64,000 nucleotides of DNA, from the NCBI GenBank assembly GCA_003344405.1, contig NOWV01000109.1, positions 1 through 64,000 of the forward strand. Direction: 5' to 3'. Shown here in pieces: positions 26,361 through 39,233 of the stretch (its first letter is position 1; each line of letters starts with the position of its first letter). The notes under the pieces were generated by a model. That model made no database searches. It was not told where the DNA came from and was given only the letters and a program-made list of their open reading frames with translations. The stretch comes from Trichoplax sp. H2 (taxonomy: Eukaryota). Made by a program: the position numbers and the translations under genes.

Positions 26361-29300
26361 ATGGGTTTGGTATGGCATCAATTACTCTTGATAGCTCTTG
26401 TGATGACATATAGCGATGTAAGTTATCTCCATTGCCCATAATGTTCGTAAAGTTATTGAAGTATTAATTTGGGATTATCATTCAATTGCTAGACTAGTGA
26501 AGCAGTGAGCATAATTAGTTAACGCCATTTCAGCACTGAAAGTAATAGCATTTACTGCGTTCAATTTATTGCTATAGTACGTAGAGCTTTTATCGATGTT
26601 TTATAGCAGCCGTTGTCTTATTTCCAATGCTAATAAATGAGCATAGAGATTTAGGACGTCTTAAATTATGTTTGGAGCGAATTAATGAGGTCTCTTCCAT
26701 TTAATGCAGTTTTTAAAGCTAGCTTCTACAGAGGTACCTCAGCCGCAACTTAAAAGCTCAACCGAGAAGTTGCCGATTAGAATCGCGTTGGAATTTGTAA
26801 CAGATTACATGGATTTATCCTCTGGAGATATGGAAAATTTAAAAACAAATTTAATTCCTAATGCTGTCAATCAAATTCAAAATACTGTTCGAGTTAATCC
26901 AGTTAGGGGAAATTTGACTTTTTCTCCCTGCATTACTGTCTATACCAAGGGAATCAATCGAGGAAAGTGTGCTCGTGTTCAGCTCCCATACGTTTGTGGC
27001 CCTACTGGTTCCGATTTCAATATTTCAGATAGCTATTTATCTGAGACAGTTTGTAAAGATGCGCAACGTGAAGACAGCTGTGTACGCTATCCAGATGGAG
27101 AAGGGCTTCTAAATACTGATCTGTTGCTATACATTTTTGTCCTGGAAGCAGGTTTGTGCTTCTTAGTAGCATTGGTTAGCAGATATATTCAGTAGTAATT
27201 CTACGATATAAGCGGGAATAGAACAGCTTCCACTACTTAAATGAAGCCGTTAACTATCTTTGTAGATGAATGCAGACAGCAAATTAGTCCTAGAGCATTT
27301 TCCAATATCTGTGCTCAATCGAGTGAAGGCAGGCCCACTGCAGCCTATGTCAATTTTTGTCCCCAGGTAATGATTGCTTTAATTTAATAAGAGGTCTGGC
27401 AGGTTCTATTGGTAAAAGATACTCTGATCTATATAAAGCTGAGCCAGTATTGACATTTGTATCTGATCAAACACTTGGTCTTGATATTTCAGACATTAAG
27501 CAAACCCTATTCGAATCAGTCAGTACAAAATCTTATCATCCACGAATTAATTCATATATTGGCGTTTTCCAAATCTCTTCTAGCACAGTAGGTTGAATAA
27601 TACACATTAAAATATCTTTCCTACTCGATCTATTAATATATATACAAAAATAATAAGATTCTTCGATTTACTGGTAATTAATCTTTTTGCTTCTAGATTT
27701 CGACGGGACGATGGCACAAAATATAATGCCATGCAGACATTTTTAGAAAATGGCAGTAATATGACGAAAATTACTTCACCTAAGGTATTTGTTGGTTCCA
27801 TTGCATATTTCAGCTTGGCTCATTTTTAGCTTGGAATAGAATTTATCTATGTAAAGATTGTTTAGTTTTGTAGCTTAGAAAATTGAATTCCGTAGGTGTT
27901 GGCTGCTGCTCGGTCTTATTTCAACTGTTCCACGTTAAATGGCATTCAGTTGGAGAATCAAAATGCTAGCAATTACCATCTACCAGACGCGTAAGCAATG
28001 TTCCAATTTAGTTACAAGAAATTATGTTTTAATTCCTGAATTTGATACGGTTTAGCCATCCTCAAATTGTACGCGAATTAACTTTTATATACATCTACTC
28101 GCAGACTTGCCTATTGGGAAATGAGAATTTTGCGTGGTGAGCTTATGACTGGAGCTATTGCATATGATTCAACTAGGTTAAAATACTCATTCCTTTTACT
28201 TCACTATAACAAACTTTAAACGTTTAAATATTTTAGCCAAATTTGATCATGTTAATAGGTTTCAAGTTTAGAATTTTCTTTATTATTTGCTAGCAGCTCG
28301 TCAACGGTTTTGAGCAATATCACCTTAGCATTGTTGGAAGATTCCGGCTGGTATTCCGTCAATGATGGGATTGCATCAGTTCTGACTTGGGGCAAAGGTA
28401 AGGGATGCTATCTGTTCTATTATGCAATTACGTACTTGTATCTTAGTTTAGGATTATTGAATAATTTGCACTAGTTTATGACGCCCAGATTGCCTAAATG
28501 GACAATCATGATTTTTTGAAATTAATCAAGCTGGACTTTATACTATTTTATAGCTCGATTAAGCATTAATAGCAGCCTTCATTAAATATTTAAAAATAGG
28601 ATTAGGTTGCGCCTTTGCTAGTGGATCTTGTGCAAACTTAAATGTATTTCCTTATCTTTGTGATGCTGGAAAGAAGTCTTGCTCTATCAATTATCAATCT
28701 ATGGTGAGCTAAGATCTGCTTATGAGGAAAGAAATCGTAATTGACTACATAATATTGTGTCAGAAATACAAGCAACATGGAATTTATTCAGTGATGAGAA
28801 AGATGATTTATAATCCTATCATAATTTCAATTTTTAATTGTTGTTTGTTATTGCTAGACTCAATGTGTACGTCCAATGTTTATGGATAATTGCCCAATAT
28901 TCACATCTGTGCCAGCCCAGTATTGCAATTCCAGTATATCTTCAGCAGGTTAGTTGACGAGGAATTTACTTAATCTAGTATGGTTTACGAATGCTTGAAA
29001 GATCTGAAAGATTTCCATAGTGCGCTTCCTCTTCCACTTAAAAAAGAGTTTCATGAATGCGGGAGGAATTTCATAATCAGTAATACTCTTGATGCTCAGC
29101 TAAACACTTTGTTTATTTTATATGCCGTGCAAATGAAAGGGACTTGCAAGTCTACGTTTGGTACTAGCTCAAAATGTTTGGAAGGCTATCTAGGGGATCC
29201 ATCTGATCCAGCGACAGTAAATCAATATGCCTCTTACTGTGTGGAAATGGATTGTTTCATGGACAATCGAACGCGAGCATTGGCTATACGAATTGCTAAA

Positions 29301-32300
29301 CCAGGTATAAAATCATTTGCTGATGTAATATGGCATAGCCTTACTAATTCGTGATATAGCCTAGCTGATTATTTACTTCATGAAATAAAACCTATTATTC
29401 TAGAAGTTAAATGGTGCTTGAAGTCCGGGCAAATTATAAGATTTTCAAACTGCAATGGAAATCTTACTTGCCCATCTATACAGGACTTTTGCTCCAAAAC
29501 AATCATTAAGGAGGTTGGAATTTCTACGTCAGGTAATTTAGCCTCATTATGCATCATTGATTGCTTTGCTAAAAAGTAATTTAGATCAACATCAATTATG
29601 ATGGTTTAATACCTTTTTAAAGAGGTTTTATGTCGTTGAGAGCCGAGAGAAATCAATTACTGCCATATTGAATATCTGCTATTTATTGTGCTATATACTG
29701 CAAAACTTTAATTTTATTGGATTAGCAGTGCATGTTTTGCAATGTAGTGATATCGGGATAAATTTTGTTATTTGCGCGTAGATGTAACTTGAAGTACTTT
29801 TAATCAATCAGCTCGGTTAGTATGAGTTAGAGACAGAAATCTATCAAGTTGATATTGCATGCTTTTGACGTTATGATCAGGACGAATTATAATATCAGTA
29901 ATAGAATTAATCTATGAATTGAAATAAGGGCTAACCAATTTGCTATTTTACATATGACCGCGTAGAGGATTCTGATAAGTTGGTATTATACAATTTCATA
30001 CTATAATATTAGAATCAATTTCGATATCATCAAATGAGACACAATACTGTATAACTTTAAGTAGAGGCCTAAATTATCTGCTTCATAAGTAAATATTACA
30101 GCTTCAAGACATGAGATCAACGTTTTCGTACAAGGATAATTTATAGTATCTGCTGCCGCTTGATATTTGAAAGCGAGAGTAAATTAGTCTGCTAATTTGG
30201 AAGATGTACTCCATCATAATTCTGCTCATCCTAATTAATCATTCCTTAAATTTTTTATTAAATTGATTGATTATAGAATGCAGTACAGACTGTCAGAGCT
30301 GCTTGGAAGCCAATAACGAGAATGCGTGCACATCCTGCAAGAACAATTTATACGTTAACGGGTCCATTGCTGGTAGCTGTATTCCATCATCCCAGTGTCC
30401 CAGTAATGCATACGCGGACAAAAATACGAGAAAATGTATTGGTAAATATTTAAAATTAGAGAAATTAAATTTTATCAAGGCTAGTTTAGCGTAAATTAAG
30501 CTACATCCCTGCTATAGTAAATAAGCTATTCTGTAGCTCGTAAAAGGACAAGTATAATCGTTCAGTTCTGATGGTGAAGATTTTAAGGATAAATTTAGAT
30601 TTTATGCAGATAGCGTATCCTTAAAGCAATGTCTATAAAATGAAATAATGTCTTATTCGAGATCTATCTTACGAATACGAAGAGAGAATGAACAAATAGA
30701 TGAGGATATAGAAATGGCATGAATACTGAATACTTAACTCTCATATTTCTTTTATTCAGATTGCCACCCTGATTGCCTAAGATGTAGTGGAAATTCTTGG
30801 AGCAGTTGTACTCTATGTGGTGGCAATACTTACTTGATCAAGAATGTTGCTTCTGGACAACCAGCTTGCGTAAAAGCATGCCCAATTGGTACGATAAACT
30901 TTCAAGATGGAATTAACAGAACTTGTGCAGGTATTACAATTTGATTCTTGTCATTTCTGTTCAATGAAAATGGATATGAGCTTACACCGGAATTAAAACT
31001 AGAATTTTCTGAAAGTACTATCAGCTTGAATAAATTGCTGCTTATACCTTCTAGATTGCCCAAGAACCTGTTACGAATGTGAGGAAATAGAAAATTGCAA
31101 GACATGCAATTCTAACGCGTTTATGTACAAGCAGCAATGCTATGTTACCTGCCCTAGTGGCTTATATGGCAAAATAGACACCAAAACTTGTGAAGGTGCG
31201 ACTATAGATTATTTTAGTCAAATTTGTAGACAAATAAGGAGCTTGGTGTGTAATAATTTGAGCCTATAAGTTTCCTGCGCAGTATTTCTTATCACGCTAG
31301 TAGTTTATGGTAATAGTAATTCATAGTTTGATTACAAGTAATATTTTGGGTTGATTATCACCGGTAGTAAATGCATTAGTTACATTAGGTTAATTTGCTG
31401 TTATATGTTGTAATAGCCTCACTGTTACTGCGTTAGGTTCGTTGTTTAATAATCTTATGGTCTTAGACCGATTTAACCGTTTCATCAGCAGCCACGGCCC
31501 AAAAATATACTTTATTCTATGCAAACCAATACCCATGTTGAACTATATACATAAATACTTTAAGAATGATTTTACTATACCAATACGGTTTCCGGTAGAG
31601 TGTGATAAAAGCAAAACATATAGAACATCAGCTCAGCTTGAAATTGCTAGCAATATCAGAGTTTATTATATATCGCTCTTCAGTATAAGCAAATGTATAT
31701 ATTACATTGGCTTCATTCAATATTGCTATACAGCATTAAATACTGGCCTATTAGTCAAGAACGACTTAGAATTTGGTAGAAAGGGAAGCATCGCTCAAAC
31801 GGCTTATTTATTAGGGATACGCGCTAGCTAGCCCATTACCTATGTTGCAAAATTTGCTACAGTGTTATGTGCGACCAATAATCCTGCTAAGACTACGGGC
31901 TATACTTTAAAATTAATTTATAATCTAGGTATAAATAGACTTTTGCTCATACAATTGATATGACCTTTTATTAGACTGTAATACCAGCAAATGCATCGGC
32001 TGTATCAATAATGAGAACTACTGCACATTTTGCATTGCTGGCTATACTGTTCAAGATGGTGAATGTTTAAGATCATGTCCACTAGGAAGACAAGCTATTA
32101 GTGGTGTATGCGTCGGTTAGCCTTATAATAAACTCTATTTTCTTCATTACTCAAAATACGATAGCCCATTTTACTTGCATACAGTGAATTATTTGACAAT
32201 TTTTCTAATTCCATTTTCCATCTGATTCTGTAATTTAGATCGAGGAATAATTAATTCCTTATATCAGGTGGTTCTGCAAGCTTACTATCACTCTATAGCT

Positions 32301-34748
32301 CATAGCATCCACAAATCTACTCTATTATAGCATTTCTTAATAATAATTTTTTATTCGCGAAATTAATTATGCTTTACATTAGGTAACATTTGATACCGAC
32401 ATTGCAAATTTGACAAACTCTGAATTAGCTGTGATGGCGTCATCTTTTAATGCTAGCCTAGGCATAGAGGTCGTAAAGATAGACGTGAAATATTTACTGC
32501 TTGCAAGCGTAGATTTTACATTAGTTTCCATTTCATTGTTTTTCAGTGATTGAAGTAAAACATTACTCAAGTTAAGAGAAAGAATAAATGAGGTAATCAA
32601 TGCTATTTTAATTTCAGGGCTCCTTAGTTGGCGAAATGATTCCAATTTCTACTGGACCGGATCATCAACTGACCGTGTATAGGGTATCTAGTTAGTTGTA
32701 GTCATTTAAATGATAATAGTGTGATTGTTATTTTATTTGCAACAGCATCATTGCCTTGACTTACTCTATCTGGTTCGGCAGTTTACTCTCATAGGATCTT
32801 ATAGTGTTGTTCGTAGCGCAGCTGAGACGATTCGAGGTAGACTTAGCCGAAATGAAGTAGTTATAGAGAGGAATGGGATGATGGTAAGATTAGAATAGTT
32901 ATAGATTACATTACTTTAGATCAATGTTGATTTATATCTCCGGTAGAATTTAATTTTTAATAGAATATGCATCGATAAAGGTTCATAGCTTATACAACTA
33001 AATCAGATTTCACCTGAAATAGATTAATAATATATAATTTAATCATAAATTTAGATTCCAGCAGAAAATGATTCTCTGCTGCTGGTAAGGACGTTGCTAG
33101 TTTTTAATAGCAGTATTCTTCCTACACAATCTACCGATTGGATGAACGATGTTGTCAACGGATTAAAAGTATGGCAGTGGATTGCCATTTTTACGATAAG
33201 TTCAACGTTAATCCTATGTAAGTCCGACTTGTTAATGACTACTCTATTATATTATCTTATACTATCATTTCATGATTTATGGACCTGCAGATATTTTGCA
33301 TATTTCCGTCATATTATCTCGCATTCGCTCTATTTTCCACCCCTTTTACTGCTGTTTGTAACGAATCATAGATTAAGAACAGTTGTCGAGACAAGCATCC
33401 CTGTTGGATAGATCTATCATTATTTTAAATGTAATACTGAAACATGCTGGACCCTTTTATGATTTAGATTAACTCGCACTTTAGCATGATTGAAAAATGA
33501 TAGAGTAAGAATGATGCTCAACATCAGCAATCCTGATAGTCAAGTTACAGCGTTAAAGTTAAAGCTATATAATAATTACTTCATTCTGACAGTTCTGTCG
33601 CTTAAATTAACTAAAAATTTATCATGACTGATAATATATAATCCTATTATAGTAACGTGATATTTTGTACAACGGGAATGGATACATATAGCTATTTACA
33701 CTATTTTAATTGCATAGTTGATAAATCAAGTTAGGCTACGAATTTGCATTGATATAGCTTCAATATCATTGATTGATGGATAATTGCAAAAGCAAGTATA
33801 ATTTATATTAGTGATAGAAGTTTTGCTAGCAATGACTAGAGGTGTACAAGATCAATTTCGTAATAGCTCCATCTTGACTATATCTAATTAGCTTGATGAT
33901 GTCTATATTTTATAGTATATTAATGCAAATGTTGCTCAATTTTAAAATAATCTACTTCAATACTTTCAATGATGTTAGTGATCATCGTGGGCTCTGTCAT
34001 GGTCTGTGTTGATCGGCGATATAAGGGAATGAATGGAGGTGCCAATACAACCAAGGTCACTGGCGATGAAAATAATTTGTATTACTCTAATCTAACGCTA
34101 AAAACGATTGTCGAATCGGAGCATAATCGAGAAAAAGAAGAAGCTGTTAGATATAACTATAGGCAAGAAACACAGTTTAGCAATGAAAATAATCCATATG
34201 TAACGATACAGAAAACAGGTGGAGGAGGTAGAAGAGACCAACCAGAGAGACAGCAAATTGGTCGAAAACAAACATGGACTGTAGACGATCGTAGCAGTAA
34301 TGCAAATAATCATAGGCAAAGAAATAGCCAACAACAACAGCAACAGGAACAAAATGTAGCTGGTTACGCTAGATCAAAACAACAGCAACAACAACCTCAA
34401 CAGCAGCAGCAGTTACCTCCGGAGGATTATGTTATATTGGATATGAGTGAGGATTCATCACCTGTTTCTACCGCGTCACCACGCCAAAAGTACACCATTT
34501 ATAATGATCAATATTCCAAGAAAAGGTAAATTTTTTATTTCACTTTCAGCTTTTACAGCATTTTGGTCGCTTCGTGAATTTCATGAGTTATCTAAAATAG
34601 TATAATAGTGGCATGATATACATTTTATTTTAACAGTAAGAAAGCGGTTGGTTCAAAGAAATCGAAATCACAACATCGAGGTCATCCTGAGTATAACGGA
34701 GGACACCACAATGCTAATTACGATTATGATGATCATCCATATATTTAA
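26361..34748 (+). CDS. Leishmanolysin/invadolysin-like M8 metalloprotease paralog 1: signal - M8 - 4 furin-like repeats - stalk - TM - Gln/Tyr-rich tail
   Basis: Exon 1 at 26361-26417 ([19 protein letters not shown]), then PIRI...NLIPNAV (from 26711), [17 protein letters not shown] at 27541-27555, [26 protein letters not shown] (from 28105), [11 protein letters not shown] and WGKGLGCAF. Cys-rich exons at 30277-30441, 30760-30930, 31055-31195 and 31975-32115. [32 protein letters not shown]. Last exon 34638-34748. Confidence 0.92.
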
Positions 34749-36658
34749 TTGTTATTGAAGACATATTTGGTTGCTTGTTTTTAATTTAATGTTGATTATG
34801 AAGTAATAGCATCCTGCCTATGATTGAGTTAATCTATCTGTGCTAGTTATTTATTATTTAATTTGCTGGTCTTATCCTTTGGGTAAACTGAAAAAAGGAT
34901 TAATTCATGGTATTTTAATGTCTTATATGCATAAGAATAATATTGAATAATGAAATTCTCTTCCTTTATTTATCACTAAACCTATGAAATGCAACTCAAC
35001 TACTTTTTAATTGTCAATTATATCCTTTAGATATATTCAGCTACTTAACTAGCTAATTGAATAATGAACCTATCTAGTGTAATCTCTTTAAAGCTTATCC
35101 AGCTCTATAGATGAACTAAAATTATTATTCATACCTAACCAATTTATAACTTATTGAGTAGCAATGAGAAGTAATATCTGACTATATTAATTTGCCCACG
35201 ACTGTATGAGTTCATTATGCTAGTATAGTTTTCTTGATAACCAATAGCGTTCTATTAATGGCTGAGACTGCAACTTATCCCTAGAGTAATTTAGTGTTTT
35301 ATCGAGGTTTTGCAGCAATTCTTGCTAAATTTACTTGTCACTTACGAATCTATCTGCACTACAGTTTCTGTATCATCATTAGTCCTATTGTATGGAGCTA
35401 TACTTGATTTATTGCTGTTTAAATCATGATACTATAGGCTATTGAGATTGGGCAGTTATATCTGGCTTATTCAAATATCATCACTAGATGAACTTATCTA
35501 TGTTTATGTAATTTCTTAATCATTCAATCCTATGGATTAGTAGAAACTACGACTAATTCTCGCTAGCTTCGTGTCGTGGCCTAGAAGCAATGACAAATAA
35601 GAATATTTAGTTTAATTGCCTATCACTCATCGTATTCTCTTATGAAAATTGACCTTCCTAGTTGTCTTATCCAATGGATACATTTTCTCTCTATTTAAAG
35701 TCTCCTAAAATTTGATTATCAATTTTCGATCACTCTTATCCTGATGTTTCTGCATAATATCACAATATGGGAGAGGACTATAGGAATCAGGACAAACGCT
35801 AAGAGGCTATTTCTATGTGTAGGAAGTCAGACAAAATTGGATTACCAACTTTTAATAACATTCATCGCTATGTTGCCAAATCATAGAGCAACAAAGGAAT
35901 TCTGTATTATAATTAAGCTAGAAATAAAGATGCTCTATTCCATGTATGAAAAGTCGCTTAGAATTCAATCACTAGTTTTTGGTTACTGTTATTCCAATCC
36001 TAGCAAACTATAAAACGTCATGGGAACTGTGCATGATAATCAATGCAAATCAGAGATGATATTTCAGTATACGAGATATCGCTTTAAATTTAATAGTCAG
36101 TTCTTGGTCATAGTTATCCCACATCACCAAAATCTTGTGCAACATAGGCGAATGCCCTAAATAAATTTATTTAAGGCCAGCAGGCAGGAGTTCTTTCTGT
36201 GTAGGCAAGTCAAAGATTTTATTATCGTCGGTCTACCGTATTATAACTTAAGGCATATTGAAATTGTTTTAACTGGCCGTTTAGCTTAGACAGTATTTTT
36301 GCCATTCGTTTTTGTTGAGTACGTGTACGATTGTTTTTTTAAAATTGAAGAAATTAATTTTTATATCTTCTATTGCTGTGGTAGAATGATTACATTGTAT
36401 CATCTTCATTACTTAAGTTTATACTCTATCGTACCCAACTGAAGTAAGTATAGCTATCAATGAATGCTTCGAAGATCCAAATATGATTTAAGGAGCGAAA
36501 TGTGAGTATCAGAATGTTATAGTTGGTAGAAATGCATCGTTGTTATCGATGTTAGTGTATGAATAGAACTACTTGTAATCCACCGTTCCATCACACCAGC
36601 CTTAATATATGATCACTTTAACAAGTGCAACAGAATTTCCTACAACGTGCAGTGCTTT

Positions 36659-36696
36659 ACTAGGGGTTTACTCGCATACAGCAGTAAACCCCTAGT
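36659..36696. repeat. Perfect 14-bp inverted repeat with 10-nt loop, bounded by ACTAG...CTAGT
   Basis: actaggggtttact-cgcatacagc-agtaaacccctagt. Confidence 0.9.
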
Positions 36697-37163
36697 TCTT
36701 AATCTACTCTCTTGTAAGGACTCATTGAAGAATTAGTTAGCTTTATTTCCTATATTAATCATTCAAGTGGATAGCATAAATATATATGTTATCTGTTTAT
36801 GTTGAGTACGTATACTCACTGTTTGGGCTAATAAAGTTTTAAGAAGAATTACTTGTACGCTTCTTCTTTTGCAAAACATTGGATGATTAGATTATCTTCA
36901 CTGCTTAATACACTTTATACACATATTTTACCAAAGTAAGCAAGCTTTTAACTATTACTTCCAAAACTCGAATAAAAATAGCGAGTATGCTATAATTTCT
37001 ATCGATCAGTTAACTTTGTAGATATGTTTTTATTAACATTAAACAATATACAGTAATAGCTTTAACGGAATCAAAGATCACAACCGGGGTTATTTTACAA
37101 ATGTAAGTCAATAAGGTGCCGTAAGTACAAGGGAAGAATTATCTTCGTAGTACTTAAAAAGGG

Positions 37164-37854
37164 CTACAATTTGCTGGTAGAGCAATCATAGGGTGGATAA
37201 TCGTAGCGAGGATCGCAGATTTGCCGATTATTGTTATGGTAGTTGTCAATTTCGTCATAAATGTGTTGAGTTTGATCATATTTATTCGTTGGAGGATCCA
37301 TATGACCAGCACATCCAGAATGATCTATTTGCTTATTAACTTGATCGTCCTTTTCAGTTATGTCAATCTTACAGTCATTTTGACCAATTCTTCGTCGATC
37401 ATCTTCATCGTAATTCGAAACGATTAGTTTAGGCATCATTTTGGCATTTAATTGATGATGCCAAAATTGCAATTGATCGTCGCTAGTGTTGCTAATAAAT
37501 TGTTGATAGTCAGAAGGTGGATGATGAATTGGCTTGCTTTGATCTTTATCAATGTCAGAATCGGAATTTAAATTTTTGATACTAAGGCAGATATTATGAT
37601 TACAACCATGGGATAGTTTACCAGGTATCGGTATTTTCCCTCGAGATGCCATTTCGATCAGTTCTATTTCTTGTGACGTTGGTGACTTAATAACATTTTT
37701 CAAGTTACCCTTTTGACGAAATGAGTGGCAGGTATTATCTGGAAAGACCTTATCAGATGTGGCTTCCGTGATGCTTTGTATTTGATGTTCGCCATCTCTA
37801 TCGTTCGATGTAAAAGTATTTCTATGACGTAGTAGAAAAAAACAGCGAATTGAT
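37164..37854 (-). CDS. Orphan terminal coding exon (~229 aa) resembling a disordered cytoplasmic tail; parent gene unclear
   Basis: The ORF 37164-37703 stays open upstream to a candidate acceptor gtatag|a at 37854 (SIRCFFLLRHRNTFTSNDRDGEHQ...). It contains HIYDEID and YDYPPY and ends TSKL*. Confidence 0.55.
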
Positions 37855-39233
37855 CTATACTTGCTCGTAAATGATTAAAAAGTAAAAATCTAAAGTAAAT
37901 CGAAAAATATGGCATAATTCAAAGTTTAATAGCAGCAAAACCGATACAAGATGATATCTATAACGTCGGTTGGATATCAAAATTATCTTCACTTTATAAA
38001 CCCAAAGAATGAAATTTATAAAATTTGATCAATTTTATATAGTGATGTTAGCTGAAGGATAATAATAATTCTTATAGCTTTGATAGTATACATTTGAAAA
38101 TCGTCGCATTGATAATAAAAGGACACTTTTGTATCATAGTTCACCTACTTTGATAATTCTGCTTTGATTATTTCATGTACTACGGGAAAAAAGGAAAGAA
38201 CGAAATGAATGAATCTATTGTACTTGCTAATAGAAAAGTAAAATTTCATGAATTTCCTTTGAAATATGCAAGACACTCACGAAATCGAATCATTTGCAAT
38301 TCTCGCGTAGCATCGACAGTAATAATGCTTATAATCCAAAAAAATGAAAGTGTCGCTAGAATATCAGCAATCATGGGCACAACATATACAGCAATCATAC
38401 CAATTACACTTGACTTCTACGAGAGTAATACACTTATGAGCTTCCTACATGCTTATTTCAAAACGAATTTTCATATGCTTCCTATTTATTCTTTATTATT
38501 TTATTTCTGCGTTCAATGACGACAGCAAATGTCACCAACAAATAAAATATCAGAAATTGATGACGATGGAATGATATTTGTACGTAACAATACTATATTT
38601 GTATCATGAAATGACATCAAGAAGACTGAAAGCAATGAACATATATAGTCATTACTGTAGCCAATGTAGGTTATCGCTAAGAATAAATCTACCATATGTT
38701 AATGTCCACACAAGATTTTAACGATAAATAAAGTATATAGTCTTTAGTAGTGAAGAAATAAAAATAACCATGACATAGTTATTATAATTATCAACATTTC
38801 TGTTCAAATTTAGCCTAGCATTCCCAATATAGCAATGAACTTAAAAGAATTTCGATGAAACATAGCTTCTAAAAAAAGTAAAACAATCTTGTTTAAAGCT
38901 CGTCAGTTTTATCGTCAAAATTTCATGATAAAAATATCTTGAAAAAGTATCGATTAAATATTTATTTGACAATCAAAGAGTGCTACATTTAAAAAAACAT
39001 CTTCCAAATGAAATTAACAAATAAAGTGTAAAGTCAATTAATTATTGCACGTATTGGACTAGTATGAGTATACGTACAGTACAATATTTAAAACTTTCGA
39101 GAAAAAAATGTCTTTATAAATATATCCAATATGAGGATAGAGAATATTTTTACACAATTCCAGTAGGAAGAAAAAATTACGTAGTACTGGCTAGAAGTAG
39201 GACCTAAGACACAGCATACGAGTGCATGAATAT

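Noticed and set aside
27357-27596. Apparent absence of HExxH in paralog 1 in the ORF track
   Set aside because: HELIH is present in another frame once exon 27493-27587 is spliced correctly.
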